A DNA stretch of 64,000 bases from Macrostomum hystrix (Eukaryota; Animalia; Platyhelminthes): the NCBI GenBank assembly GCA_950097015.1, contig CATNEN010000003.1:5704001-5768000 (forward strand), written 5' to 3'. A model generated the notes under the pieces. It worked only from the letters and a program-made list of their open reading frames with translations, made no database searches and had not been told where the DNA came from. Shown here piece by piece: positions 1 to 12,767 of this stretch (within the stretch, counting starts at the first letter, position 1; the number at the start of each line of letters is the position of its first letter). The position numbers and the translations under genes are program-made.

Positions 1-58
1 GCGGGTCTAGTGTCACCAAATGATGTGCCATTGCCCGCAGCCCTCCTGCAGTTATTAT
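1..58 (+). mobile_element. SINE family A, 3' end
   Basis: Matches the 3' stem-loop and (ATT)n tail of the copies at 39450 and 41650. Confidence 0.7.
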
Positions 59-515
59 TAAGCTGATTGGGACATCTAAATAAGGTAGCTGAAGCAACAA
101 TATAGTTGAGTAGCGAATCAACGCGGTTTTAGGAGGCTTAAGACCACATTAAAACAAACCTTCAGTGTAATATATACCCTATGTGTGTGTTCAAAAAGGC
201 CTAGAATATATTTCAGCAATGAAATTAAAATTGCCAAGTTAAAACTAAGTATATTTTCACCAGAAGTTAATATATTTTGACAATATAAATTTTAAAATTA
301 CTTACAAGGTAATAAAACTACGTATCAAGATGACAAAATCAAAGAAGTTCAAATAGAGTTTGGGAATCTAAAATAATACATGTATTTTTGGTTAAATTTG
401 GTACGCGAAACGTTATTTTTTAGGAAGTCTGTTTGACTGTTTAAATACGAGTATTTAGCTAGGTTCTCTACTCTCAGTAGCTAGATGCAAATTCGCAAAA
501 AATGATTGCAGCTTC

Positions 516-574
516 GAAATTTCCAGGAAATCACGAGTGCATGAACGTCAGTTTGCGAATTTCCAAGAAATTCC
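516..574. promoter_or_regulatory. Paired STAT/GAS elements (TTCCAGGAA 521-529, TTCCAAGAA 561-569) overlapping kB-like half sites, upstream of TATA box (TATAAA 684-689) of the Mx-like gene
   Basis: Two TTCYNRGAA matches 40 bp apart, about 120-160 bp upstream of a TATA box. Function is inferred. Confidence 0.55.
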
Positions 575-799
575 AACAGTGTGCACCAAATAAAAAAAAT
601 GTACAGTGCACTGAACACACAGTGTAATTATTGTTGGACAACTCGCACGCCTTACCACTTGTTGTACGTGCTTGGTACCAGCCTATAAACGGGTCTCCAT
701 GCGAGGAGACAAAAAACGGTGCAGTTTTTTCTTCTTGTGCAGCTATTTATGCTTGCAACTATAGTATAGCTCAACAGAGCAACAACAACAAAAAGGAAA

Positions 800-3700
800 A
801 TGTTTACAGCAAGTGCTCCTTCCAGTGCTAATGAACAATCTGCTAATATGGCAGCGAAAAGTGGAAGTAAAAGAGTAAGTATTGCTCTTTCGACCGTTTG
901 GCAGTCGTTTATTGTGTCTAATTCTTCTGCGATGGGGCCTGTCCCATGTCTCATTTATCCCCTGTCTCATTTATCCCCTGTCTCAAGTCTCCCCTGTCTC
1001 ATGTCTCATTTATCCCCTGTCTCATTTATCCCCTGTCTCAAGTCTCCCCTGTCTCATGTCTCATTTATCCCCTGTCTCATGTCTCATTTATCCCCTGCCT
1101 CATGTATCCACTGTCTCATGTATCCCTTGTCTCAAGTATTCATGCAAAAAAACCTACTGTGCCTCCTCTTCCCGTGTCTAATCTCTTCAGTTTCTTATCC
1201 CTTGCATGTGTGATTTCTCTTGTATCCCATGCCAATATTGTCGCAATCAATACGAATTTCAGCATCAGTCGGTCGCAATCAGCCGAGAATCGAATCGCGA
1301 CGAAAAGATTGCCAGATTCGACGTTGAATGCGCGGTCGAGGACGCGGCCTTTGTAACCGCCGATTCAGCAGGGATTTTGCAAGCTGCTCAGCCAACATTC
1401 ACACCAGCTCTTAGCCAACAGTTCCGTGAAAGAATCCGGCCCTTACTAAATAGCATCGATCGGCTGAGATCGCACGGACTGCAGAATGAGCTCCGGCTAC
1501 CCACTGTGGCAGTGGTTGGCGACCAGTCGGTTGGCAAGTCTTCCGTTCTTGAGGCCATCTCCGGTGTCGATCTGCCTCGCGGAAGTGGCATTGTGACCCG
1601 GTGCCCGCTGCAGCTAAGCATGCGTTCGAAACCATTTGGAGATTGGACCGGAAAGATTACGTGAGTCCTTATTGTAATAATAATTACAGGAGGGCTGCGG
1701 GTAATGGCGCATCATTTGGTGACAGTTAACCTGCAGCCAGCGAGGAGTCATTTCTGTCCATTTCGCTGACTCCTGAGCAAGCACGCACATACATACCGTA
1801 CGCAGGTATACGTTCACACATGTGTACGTGTGTATATCTGCCCTGACTTTCTCATGATCAGGCAGTGTACACCTTCACTATGCCTTGGAGGTTGGCCCTC
1901 AAGGGCGTAAATTCCACGACAAGCCCCCTGTTGCGATACAAGTCGGGCAGAATGTATTCTAAGCCCGTGGGCTTGAGCTCAGCAAAGTGCATTTCGGGTG
2001 ATGCCATAGACAATATCAATACTCGTTCAAATATACAACACTCCAAGCCTGCTCTCCGAGCTGCGCCCCAAGTGAATGTGGCCTCGCCGCGGAATCGAGC
2101 TCCAATTCCACACGAAAGTCTCTGACTTAAAATCCTTAACGAACCCAAATTCATTCTGAGTGTAGCTTACGTCCATGAGGGCCACACCTTACGTCCATGA
2201 TACAGTTAGAATCGACTTCTTACTGCTCGTTGCAGATTACTAAATCATAATATTATTAATTAAATCGACATCCTGTACTGGTGTGCTTGATCAGATCAAA
2301 GTTGACTTATCCCCCTGTCTCATGTGCACTTACATTTGAAACCGTAATTTACAGCTTCCAGAACTCGGCAGGTCAGCGAACCGAATACACCATAGCGGAC
2401 AGAAGCGAGGTGAACAAGTTTGTGCGCCAAGCACAAAATGAGATCACCGGAAACTCGACCGGCGTCTCGCATCAGCAGATTGATTTAACTATTGAAGGTC
2501 CCGACGTTTCTGATCTGACCTTAGTCGACCTGCCCGGCATTGCCAGGTACTCAGAGAAGGATCCAAGGATCAGTGAAGTCACAAAGAGTCTGATAAGATC
2601 CTATATTATACAAGAGCAAGTCATCATCCTGGTCGTCGTGCCCTGCAGCGTGGACATCGAGACTGTCGAAGCAATTGCCTTAGCCAAAGAGGTTGACAAG
2701 AAAGGAACCAGGACCATCGGTGTGCTGACCTGTCCGGATTTGACGAATCCAGGCAGCGAGGATGGCATCAGAGACATCGTCAGTAACAATGGCTCTGTGC
2801 GCCTGAGTAAAGGCTTCGTCATGGTGAAGTGCCGTACTCAGAAAGAGCTCATGAACAACGTTAGCCTGAGTAAGGTGGCCCAGCTTGAGGCAGAGTACTT
2901 TGCTAGCCATTCGCACTACAGCAAGCTGCCCAAGGATTTGGTTGGCACAAAAACGCTTGCCGAGAAGCTAACAGACGAGTTGTTCAGGGCTGTGGCCTCT
3001 GGTATTGAGACGCTGGAGGTTAGCCTTAAGGTGAGCGCTGTCTGAAGTTTTTCTCATTCCGCGCGCACGTTACCTCATTATCTCAGTTACGCCTTAACAT
3101 GATGTTAGTGTGAGTGATTTTATGCTCTCGAATCAACGTCTTTGTTTTATAACGCTGTGCCACTGCCAAATTATCTCCTCCAAAAAACACTCAAATGAAT
3201 GTCGCCGCGGAATCGAGCTCCACTTCCACATGAGAGTTAAAATCCTTTTATAATTGACATATTATTTTGCATAAAGCAGCAGGACTTTTCTCTCATTAGA
3301 TAACTAATTACATACTGTTCTCTCGCTTTTTTGACAGGCCAAGCTGAAGGAATACGAAGAAGAGCTGAAAGAACTCGGCGATAGCCTGTGCGACACCGAC
3401 AGTGACAGACGCTGCTACCTAATGCGCAAACTTCCGCAGTTTCTGGCTAAACTTCATTCAGCAACCGCTACTCCGGAGGATCAGCAAGAGGCCTTCGCGA
3501 CGGGTAGCTCGAGTCAGCTGTACAGTCAGTGCCTGCACGCGTGCACCACTTTCGGAGGGTCGGCTATTACAAGTATACCAGGTAGAAAACTGTTTAGCTC
3601 GAGCCAATGATTTTTATGTTAACAAGTGACTTCAAGTTAACAATCTCTGACTGGAAGCTCAATGCAACAATTGTGTATTAAATGAAATTTTTGTACAGTG

Positions 3701-4860
3701 TGGCGGCTCCCAGTCCATGGACTGAACAGCCGGTGGCTGTATATGTGGCCCAAAGTGGTTAGCGTTGTGATTTCTATCAAATCGCTATCTCCATTTTTAA
3801 CTTAAAAACGAGTCTCATTAATTTTCCTTGAATTTTCAGATTGGCTCACTGATTATTCCGAACCAGTCCCATGTACTGTGCATTCGGAGGTTCTAAACCG
3901 AAGGGGCCGCGAACTTCAGACCTTCACTTTCGTGTTTCCTGTCGTGCAGAAAATCGTTTGCGATGATTACCTGCCTCGCATTGAAGAGCTTTCACATACG
4001 CTACTTAGCAGCGTTGAATCGGCGGTATCCAAGACACTAACCGATATTTCAACCGACTGCTTCAAAGCCTTCCCAAAATTGCTCCAGATTGTCAAGGACG
4101 CCGTTACCAAGACAATCGAAGCCCAGGAGGCGAAATGCCGCGCCGATCTACAAAAGCTGTTGTCACACGAGCGTCGAGTGTACACCCAGGATTCTCAATT
4201 TTCAGCTAGGCTTGAAGTTGTTACTAAGCAAAAGCAGAAGTATATGGACGAGCATCCTCCTTGTCCTCCTCCAAGTTTCCCTTTTTTTCCAGCCACGATT
4301 ATCGTAAGAATCACCAATGTGACTCCATTTTTATAGATTTGTTAACTATTCACAAAATTTTTGGGCGTCAATGGCTTTTGTTGTACTTTTCCAGCGGCCT
4401 GGCAAATGCTCCTATTAGGACCGTTAGCCAGCAGTCATCAACTGTCCTGGCAAATGCTCCTATTAGGACCGTTAGCCAGCAGTCATCAACTGTCCTGGCA
4501 AATGCTCCTATTAGCACCGTTAGCCAGCAGTCATCAACTGTTGAGCCATCCAGCGAGGATCGCATTCGCCTGGGCGCTGCCGCCTACCTCGATTTAGCAT
4601 CCAGGCGCATCGCCGACACAGTTCCTCTGTCAGTACTGTCACACATGCTTGACGGTGTTGATAAACAGCTATCCGATGAGCTGACAAAACTGTTTGCTGG
4701 CGGAAACGATCAGGAGCTGGCTGAGCTGCTCAGTCTGCTGCAGGAGAAGCATGGTCGACAGCGAAGGAGATGGCACCTGAAGTATGCCATCAAGCAGATG
4801 CGCGAGTCACAGCTTGACCTGCTCAAGGCCAAGCAGAGCCAGATGCTGCTTGACGACTAA
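800..4860 (+). CDS. Mx: Mx-like dynamin-family GTPase; 6 exons: 800-874, 1263-1660, 2355-3030, 3338-3581, 3840-~4239, 4395-4860 (exon 5 donor uncertain)
   Basis: G1 GDQSVGKS; Mx signature [13 protein letters not shown]; G3 DLPG; FVMVKCRTQ; stalk RGRELQTF; GED-like [16 protein letters not shown]; no PH or PRD domain. GT/AG junctions keep phase. Confidence 0.9.
940..1135. repeat. About 16 bp minisatellite (tgtctcatttatcccc), Mx intron 1
   Basis: Tandem copies visible. Confidence 0.9.
1671..2112 (-). mobile_element. SINE family A copy in Mx intron 2, interrupted by a 112 bp insertion
   Basis: Reverse complement matches the family A body (gagggccaacctccaaggc, gtgtacactgcctga). Confidence 0.8.
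1929..2040. mobile_element. 112 bp solo-LTR/TRIM-like insertion (TGTTG...CAACA)
   Basis: Absent from other family A copies. TG..CA ends with a 5 bp inverted repeat, flanked by CCCC/CTCC (putative target duplication). Confidence 0.55.
4398..4541 (+). repeat. Coding 48 bp x3 tandem repeat ([16 protein letters not shown])
   Basis: Units start at 4398, 4446 and 4494. Confidence 0.92.
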
Positions 4861-4917
4861 AACAACTCACTGAACCGTTTTTATACTTGTCGGACCTTAC
4901 TTACTCTGACAGTCTCG

Positions 4918-5022
4918 TGACCCACACGCTTACTCACTGACTGACCCACATGCCTACTCACTGACTGACCTACATGCCTACTCACTGACTGACCCACATG
5001 CCTACTCACTGACTGACCTACA
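4918..5022. repeat. 24 bp x4 tandem repeat in the Mx 3' UTR
   Basis: tgacccacatgcctactcactgac. Confidence 0.9.
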
Positions 5023-6004
5023 TGATTACTTCTTCTGTAGCAAGCTGTTAAAAGCGAACTTTCAATGATTTGCAATATTTTCATGATGTTTTTATTTACT
5101 ACTACTTAGAGTAAGCAGTTATGACTTTGCTATCTAACCGTCGCTTCGATTTCCACACAAAATTGCCCTTTTGCAAAACATAATAATATATAATAATAGC
5201 ACGATAATAATAAACCTTTTTTACTGGTCCAATACTTTTGGAAAGCGTTTATCACGTGAGGTAGAGCTAATTTGAGTTGTCAGCGCCAGTTGAATGTTGT
5301 CCTGTGAATTTTCCGCGGATTTTCCGTGGGATTTCCGTTACCAAAGTTCCGTTTTTCGTCCCTAAGCCCACTGGGACTATTTTTTAAATACGATTGTCGG
5401 TGGTTGGTTATTGAAAAACAAATGTAAATGCATGGAATGCCGCATGCGTTGGCAATTAATTTTTTATGTACCACGAAAATGATATAAGAGCCGTATATAT
5501 CGTGCCATTGTAGCTTTGGATAGCTAATTGTCGAAAAAGTGAATTACGATTTCAATTTGTAAAGTGACTTACATTTATTTAAAATATGTAACTATGCTGA
5601 CAAGGTCAATAAAGACAAAATTTTATATCTACATTTTTACATATTTACACTTTTTACGTCCACAGTTGGTAGGAATTAATTGTTTATATCAACAAAGGGA
5701 ACGGAAACGCATTGTAAATTATAGTGAAATTCTGCTTTGAAACATATTCAAATAAGAAATGAAAATGCTAAAACACGTCAAAAAGTGAACAGAGGCTATT
5801 ATATTTACAACTCTACTTACTGATCAGAAATCCGAAATGCTAATTTTTACAGATGCGTGGTAATACTTTTATGTATGTGTAATTTTACATATGCCTTATG
5901 ATTGCGCACAGCAAATCATTGCTTTTTCTACCATAGACATCCATCAGCTGCGTCACTCGATTTTCACTGCATGAAAATGGTTCTATTCGATCAAGTATTA
6001 GTCG

Positions 6005-7264
6005 TCAGAAGCAGCTATCCTGCGGCACTGAAAGCAACCGTAGGGTGCGCTTCATTCGGTCCATGTCTGCCATGCTCTTCTCTCCGAATCTGTAAATCCG
6101 CTTCTTGCTCCGCTTGCCGCTGTCCAGGTAGTCAAAGTAGCCTCTGGATTTCTCGCGGCGCACCCTGTAGGGTTAGGCGTAGTGCACATTAGACCCAATA
6201 AATGCAGGTGTTGTAAATCAGCTCTGAATAATTCTTAGGCGCGCCATGAATCCTTGACGTACCTCATCGCCCTAGCGAATGTGTCGTAGTTGGCCTTCTT
6301 ATTCCCTTTGATTTTCTGCCAAAGCAGTCCCATAGTTTCAGTATCCAGAGTCTTGAAATGGCGACATTCCCCAGCCGTCTCGCGACCATTCTCGTCGCAA
6401 AAAGTCAGAATGCGTCGCAGATCTTTGCTTCTGTCGCCGTAGCTTGAGTTTAGTAGGATGGTCAGGATCACCTCGTGCACTTTTAGCTTCGAGGACATCT
6501 CATCTGGCTTGCAATTGCTGCTTCGCTCTGGAATTTTTCAAAGCAGAGAGCAGGACTCAGTGAAGCACATGACTCATGATGGTGCTACATAACTCAAGTC
6601 AGAACTGAAAGGGTAAAATTATTTGCTTACCGATGACATCCTTAATGTACGTCACCATTTCATCGATTTCAGCCTCTCTAGCAGGCGATACCAATGCCAG
6701 TGACGTGTCGCTGCCACCCTCGTAGCTGCAGCTGCTCACCGCTGTAGGACTGGGTGGCTGCTCCAGGAGGTGCAGCTTCTGAGGCGGCTTTTTTTGAAGC
6801 TCTTGTGGGCGCCGGTGCCGTTTCGGCTGCTGCTGTGGCTCAATCATCGGTAGGTTTGGCTGACTCGTAGCATTCCAGCTATACTGCGCCTCCTGAACAG
6901 ACACCACAATAACTTCATCATCAGCCATTAGCTCGTCGAGCAACTCTTGAGCTTCCTTATCGTCAGGAACTGATGGATCCAAGTTGATGACAGCTGATGC
7001 CGGATCTGATTGAGGATCTAGATGATATTCACCACTAGGAGAGAATGGTACTGTCTCGAATAAGTCATCAAATAAATCATCGGCATGCAGCTGGTTCAAC
7101 AGGTTGAAATCAGTAGTCATAGTCTCGAATTCTGTGGGCTGAAGCCCAGCAATATCCGGTCTAGTGCAGCCAGTTGGCGGCCCATCTCCCTGTGCAAAGT
7201 TGTTCGTTGCATCGACTTCCATGTAGAAGCTTTCAAAAGCAATCAGGTCAGCAGGACTTTGCAT
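6005..7264 (-). CDS. Divergent ETS-domain transcription factor, paralog 1; exons 7264-6631, 6527-6263, 6164-6005
   Basis: Spliced product VHEVILTILL...ILTFCD...HFKTLDTETMGLLWQKIKGNKKANYDTFARAMR|VRREKSRGYFDYLDSGKRSKKRIYRFGEKS aligns to the ETS fold (LWxxxK, NY, RAxR, YxFG). Acidic N-terminus. Minus-strand TATA at about 7352-7359. Confidence 0.85.
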
Positions 7265-8110
7265 TTCTTGAACCTTAAGCAGCTACGAAATCTAGCGAAA
7301 GTAATTAAAAGCAAGCGGGGCCACTAGCTTGGACTCGAGTTCGGGTCCTAGCCTTTATAGTGTTTTGGGTTGTTCCTTGTTGGCCTGTACATAGACTCGT
7401 GAGAATTCAAGTCCAGGGCCAGGCCGCGGGAATTCCGTCAAAGGTTTTGTGATCGTAATTCTTAATTACATGGCTATACTTCCCATGTTGACAACTGATT
7501 AGAATTTTTTTTAATCCACGAGTGAAAATTTAAACAATAATATTTAGCATGTGGACTTTCTGATAAGTGGTTTTGTTATGATCACGCCATGACGATTGTA
7601 ATTACTACGAGCGTAATACCGTCTTTAAATATAAATGTTTATTTAAATCCTGCATGGCCAGTTGAAATTAACAACACGACATTTACTCTCGTATTTTCCA
7701 CATATTTCAAAACAGTCCACTTCGAGTTTAACACTGATTTTTAGTTGCTCGCAGATGATCTCGTAAATCCATGATGCCACCAGTGAGACTTTCAGGGCTG
7801 AAATAGCTATTTTTATGCATTACATTAAGAATCTAATTGTAGCCCCACCTACAAAGCAAATGCTATTGTACAGCTAAATTGAACAGCAAGGCATGCTCCA
7901 TGTACTCGATGTACACCCATATCATAATAGGATGAAAAAATCTCATAAGACATTTGTCCATCCTCTTTCAATAAACGCTTATTGTTGCGAGCAGTTAAAA
8001 AGTACAGTTATTTAGCATTTCGTTTTCTTGTTTGGCCGAGATTAAATAACGAAATACTTTCAACCCTACTTTGAATACTTTGTATCCCTAACTCATAATG
8101 AATAAAATAC

Positions 8111-8800
8111 CAGCTGTTAGACACACGCCAGCTGTTAGACACAGAGCAGCTGTTAGACACACGCCAGCTGTTAGACACAGAGCAGCTGTTAGACACACGC
8201 CAGCTGTTAGACACAGACCAGCTGTTAGAGAGAGACTAGCTGTTAGACACCCCAAGCTGTTAGACACACGCCAGCTGTTAGACACAGACCAGCTGTTAGA
8301 GAGAGACTAGCTGTTAGACAACGCCAGCTGTTAGACACACGCCAGCTGTTAGAGAGAGACTAGCTGTTAGACACACGCCAGCTGTTAGACACAGACCAGC
8401 TGTTAGAGAGAGACTAACTGTTAGAGAGAGACTAGGTGTTAGACACACGCCAGCTGTTCGACACACGCCAGCTGTTAGACACAGACCAGCTGTTAGAGAG
8501 AGACTAGCTGTTAGACACCCCAAGCTGTTCGACACACGCCAGCTGTTAGACACAGACCAGCTGTTAGAGAGAGACTAGCTGTTAGACACCCCAAGCTGTT
8601 AGACACACGCCAGCTGTTAGACACAGACCAGCTGTTAGACACAGACCAGCTGTTAGAGAGAGACTAGCCGTTAGATACCCCAAGCTGTTAGACACACGCC
8701 AGCTGTTAGACACAGACCAGCTGTTAGACACAGACAAGCTGTTAGAGAGGGACTAGCTGTTAGATACACCAAGCTGTTAGACACACGCCAGCTGTTTAAC
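8111..8800. repeat. About 18 bp minisatellite (cagctgttagacacacgc and variants)
   Basis: Tandem copies visible. Confidence 0.92.
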
Positions 8801-11225
8801 ACAAAACATAAAACCAGCTTTGTTAGAGCGCTTACCACTGTTAAACGCTACCTGTCGGTGATTTGCCCTCAGACGAAGCTTAAAACACCAGACTTCGGCG
8901 TTAAATTCCGCAAAGGGTAGGAGCCATGGGCAAGTTATTTTGCTACTTTTTCGGCACAATCATGCATATTAAGGCTGTTTTTGCGTTCAGATTTTCTTTA
9001 AACCGGTACAAAGTATGATATCACACTACTTCTGGTGAGTAATATAGAAGTGGAAGAAAAATGCAAACCGTTTCTAATTAGCTAGCTCGTATTTTTAGAA
9101 AATGACGAAAAATAAATCTTTTTGTGCAGACTCCCACGCATTTTCGATTCATCCTTCTTCTGTGAACACATTTCGTGGTAAACTCACGCTTGGAGGCTTT
9201 AAAGTACACGCTTCGCAGATTGTACAGAGAATTGAACGTTGCCAAAGCTAAGAGCCCCGTATAGACCAATTGGATTGCGAGACAGTGAATCACCAACATG
9301 GATCTAACATTATGTATAACTGACTGTTGAATTCGCTTCTAAGCCTTGTTGATAACTTTATGACTCCTTCTCAACTACTCCAGTCTCCATCTCACTTTAT
9401 CACGTTAAAGGCAAACTTAGACAGTCAAGAGTGAAGACACTCATTCGCGTTACGCGTAACTTAGCTTTTGTTTAAATTTCGATACTTTAAACAGCATCAA
9501 CAAATTAGAAAATTTCGCCGCTTTTACAATGCACTAGGCAACAAGTGTGCAATATAAATATATTCTACAGTTCGAGGTTGGAAGATTTCCTGAAAAAATT
9601 CTATTTGTCATTGGGAGCACGAAATTGCTCAACGCCGAAAAATGTGTTAAAATAAACGATCCTTGTTTAGAAAATAATTGAAAGTTTATTTATTTAAAGT
9701 TTTCTATCAAGTCTCATCGTCTCGTAGCTAGTTTCCATTTAAAATCTAAATTCTCAGAACTAGAAATTTCAGTCCAGAGTGCTTTTGTGTGGGTTGGCAG
9801 GTAAACTGAAAACAAGCTAACTATTTAAATTGCAATGGAAAGCGAAAATTCTGCTTTATCAAAAAGCGAAGTTCTGTTTCTGAATGTACATCACGAGGCT
9901 GTACATTTGTGCATGACTAAAAGAGATTCTTGTACAGTGGGGGCTGAGGTGGTTGGTATGGGGTGGTGGGCGTGTGGTCAGGTCTCAGACTGCCCGCGGA
10001 GCGCCCGAGGCAGTGCCTCCGGTCTGCCACGGGAGTGCCGGTGGTCAGGAAAACACGCCTTTTGTTTTTTTTCGCGGACTTGTTTAGGCTAGCGCTCTTG
10101 CACTTTGTCTAGCAAGATAAGATACCTAGCTAGCTAGCTTTGCAGCTGCGAAAAAAAAAATAATTCTTTCTCATCCTGGTGCGAGTGTGTGTGTGTGTGT
10201 GCGTGTGTATTCAAACGCAAATGGCATGCATGCAGCAACACCGTACAGTTTTCTTTTTTATTAATTCCACAGCTTTAAAACTTTTGAGTGCGAGAGAGAA
10301 AGAAAAAAAAACTGATTGAGGACTGTGCTTAGTTGCATTGCATAGAGATGTCAGAAGGAAAATAATGCTAGAATAGAGAGCAAAAGTCTTAGCAAGTAGA
10401 ATAATTGTAGAACGATGTAGTGTAGACTGTATGAAGATGGAGAATATGCATATGCAGCGAGTTTCTGAGAATTCTGAGTTTCTGAGTTACTTTCATATTT
10501 CGCTGTAATACTAACATAATACATCAATACTCGTACATAACAGAATACTTAAGGCTAGAAGTTCACGGAATTACTCAAACTGGGAGTCGATCGATAAGCC
10601 AGCCCCATTTTAGGACATTATCACTTATCAGTTCACTTTTAAATTTGCAGCAGTTATGCCATATTTTTAATTACGAGTTAATGCAAAACAAAATTTCACA
10701 GCTGATTAACAATCAATCGATCATTCTCGCATTACTACCGGTGTCAATAGAACAAAAATTCACAGTAAGCAGCATAGGTAAAGCCGTGAATTTCAAGTCT
10801 TCTGCATCTCGAAAAAATTGCAATCGTTCAGTAAAATCGAACTCATTTTAGTAGGAGCATTGTTCCATAATAGGATTAGGAACTTATGTACTTTTCCGAT
10901 ATGATCAAGACGATACAATTCATATACAGCGGATGACGAGAGCATCTACGAATAAAAGCATTTGTATATCTATTATCTATCAATCGACAAAAGTCTATGA
11001 GGTATTATGGTATTATCAAGACAATGAATATAAGCACATAAGCATAATTACAATAAGATGTACACATTAAATTTACACAAACAAAGAATACAGCGAAACG
11101 AGGAAAAAATCTTGTTACTTTTACAACAGAAGATAACCAATTTACAAAAGAGATTATAGACACATTAGACAGTCTTGTCGTCTTGTCGTTGGTACTAAGT
11201 TTTATATTGTCTACTTTTTCAATGC

Positions 11226-12767
11226 CTAGCAGCTGCAACCCTGAGGACGCGACACCTGCTTAAGAGTGCGCTTGAACCTAGCCATCTCTTCCATGGATCG
11301 TTGGCCAAATCGATAGATGCGCTTCTTCTTTCCTTTGCCAGCGTTCAGGTACTCAAAGAAGCCTTCGGTGCGCTCTCGACGGACTCTGTGAAAGAGAAAA
11401 AGTGCACCCAGGTCGAATCATTCGGCTAAATGTGTACACGTCGAGCAGTTTGATAACTACCTGTCCTATTAAACTGCTTCATTTGGAGCAAAACCAAAAT
11501 TTACAATGCTTACCGCATGGCTCTAGCGAAGGTGTCATAGTTTCCCTTGGTGTTTCTCTTGATTTTCTGCCACAGCAGGCCCATTGTTTCAGTGTCCAGC
11601 GTCTTGAAATGGCGGCTCTCGCTTGACACTTCACGACCCTGCTCGTCACAAAATGTGAGAATTCGCTGCAAGTCCTTCGACTTGTCGCCATAGAACTGGT
11701 TGAGAAGAATCACCAGGATAACTTCGTGAACTTTCAGCTTTGCCGACATGTAGTCCGGCTTGCTTTCGCGCTTTTCTGCGGATATTTTATTTTGATATTA
11801 GTTCGATCAAATTCTAGTACAAGGGAAGGGGCAAAGCAGCATGCTCAGCTCATAAAAAATGCACACAAAACTCACCTATCACCTCCCGGATGTAAGCCGC
11901 CATTCGTTGAATTTCCGCCTCGCGATCATACGTCACCGACGCACTGCCAGCGGTCGATTCACCGTCTTCTGAGGCGAAAGTGAAGCGGGTGTCCACGCTG
12001 TCGGCTGGACTGATAAGATCAAAGGCTGGCGTCTGCACTGTCGACTTCAGATTCAAAGGCTCGAACATTGGCACACTGGGTCCGTCGGTCGACACATCGG
12101 CTGGTTGGGACAACCTCAGAAGAGGTGACGAGTCGGTCTGCTTGCCGCAACTCTTGTTCAGCTGGACATTGGGCTGGTAGTTATCGTCGCTCAACAGTCG
12201 AATTGTCGTTGCAGTCTTCTCGCTCCACGGCTTGCGCAGCAACTCCGGTCGAAACAGAGTCACAGTGGTCGGCACATTCTGCTTCTGGCCCTGCTGAGAT
12301 CAGATTCATAAATTTCTCTATAAATCACCTTCGTGCATGCATATGATAGTGACTATTGAATAACTAAGACTAAATATTAAACATATACTATTACTCTAAC
12401 TTACCATGCTTATTTCAGTGCAGGGAAAGTCGGGTACAAACATGCCATTTGCACACATCATCAGGGACACACCAGGAGTGTTGCATTCTTTTATAATTTC
12501 TTCAAGGATTCTATCAGTTTCAGAGGCCATTGGCTCAAGCGACTGCGGACAGACTGTCGACAGTTCAGTGAGCACACCGGAGCCGGGTTCATCGAGCTGG
12601 AGGCTCACAGGCGCCTCATCGTACATGATAGTCGTCTCCGCAGCGAGGTCAAGCTGTTCTGGAACACTGGTCACGTTTAGGTTTGGGTCGAGGTTGAAAA
12701 AGTTCTGATTGTCTGGTTCGATCTCCATATAATCGAAATCTTGTAGTCCAGGTGCTTGACAATCCAT
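11226..12767 (-). CDS. Divergent ETS-domain transcription factor, paralog 2; exons about 12767-12405, ~12290-11876, ~11776-11514, 11385-11226
   Basis: ETS segment nearly identical to paralog 1 (KLKVHEVIL...HFKTLDTETMGLLWQKIK...NYDTFARAMR|VRRERTEGFFEYLNAGKGKKKRIYRFGQRS). Same phase-2 intron in the last Arg of RAMR. Confidence 0.85.
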
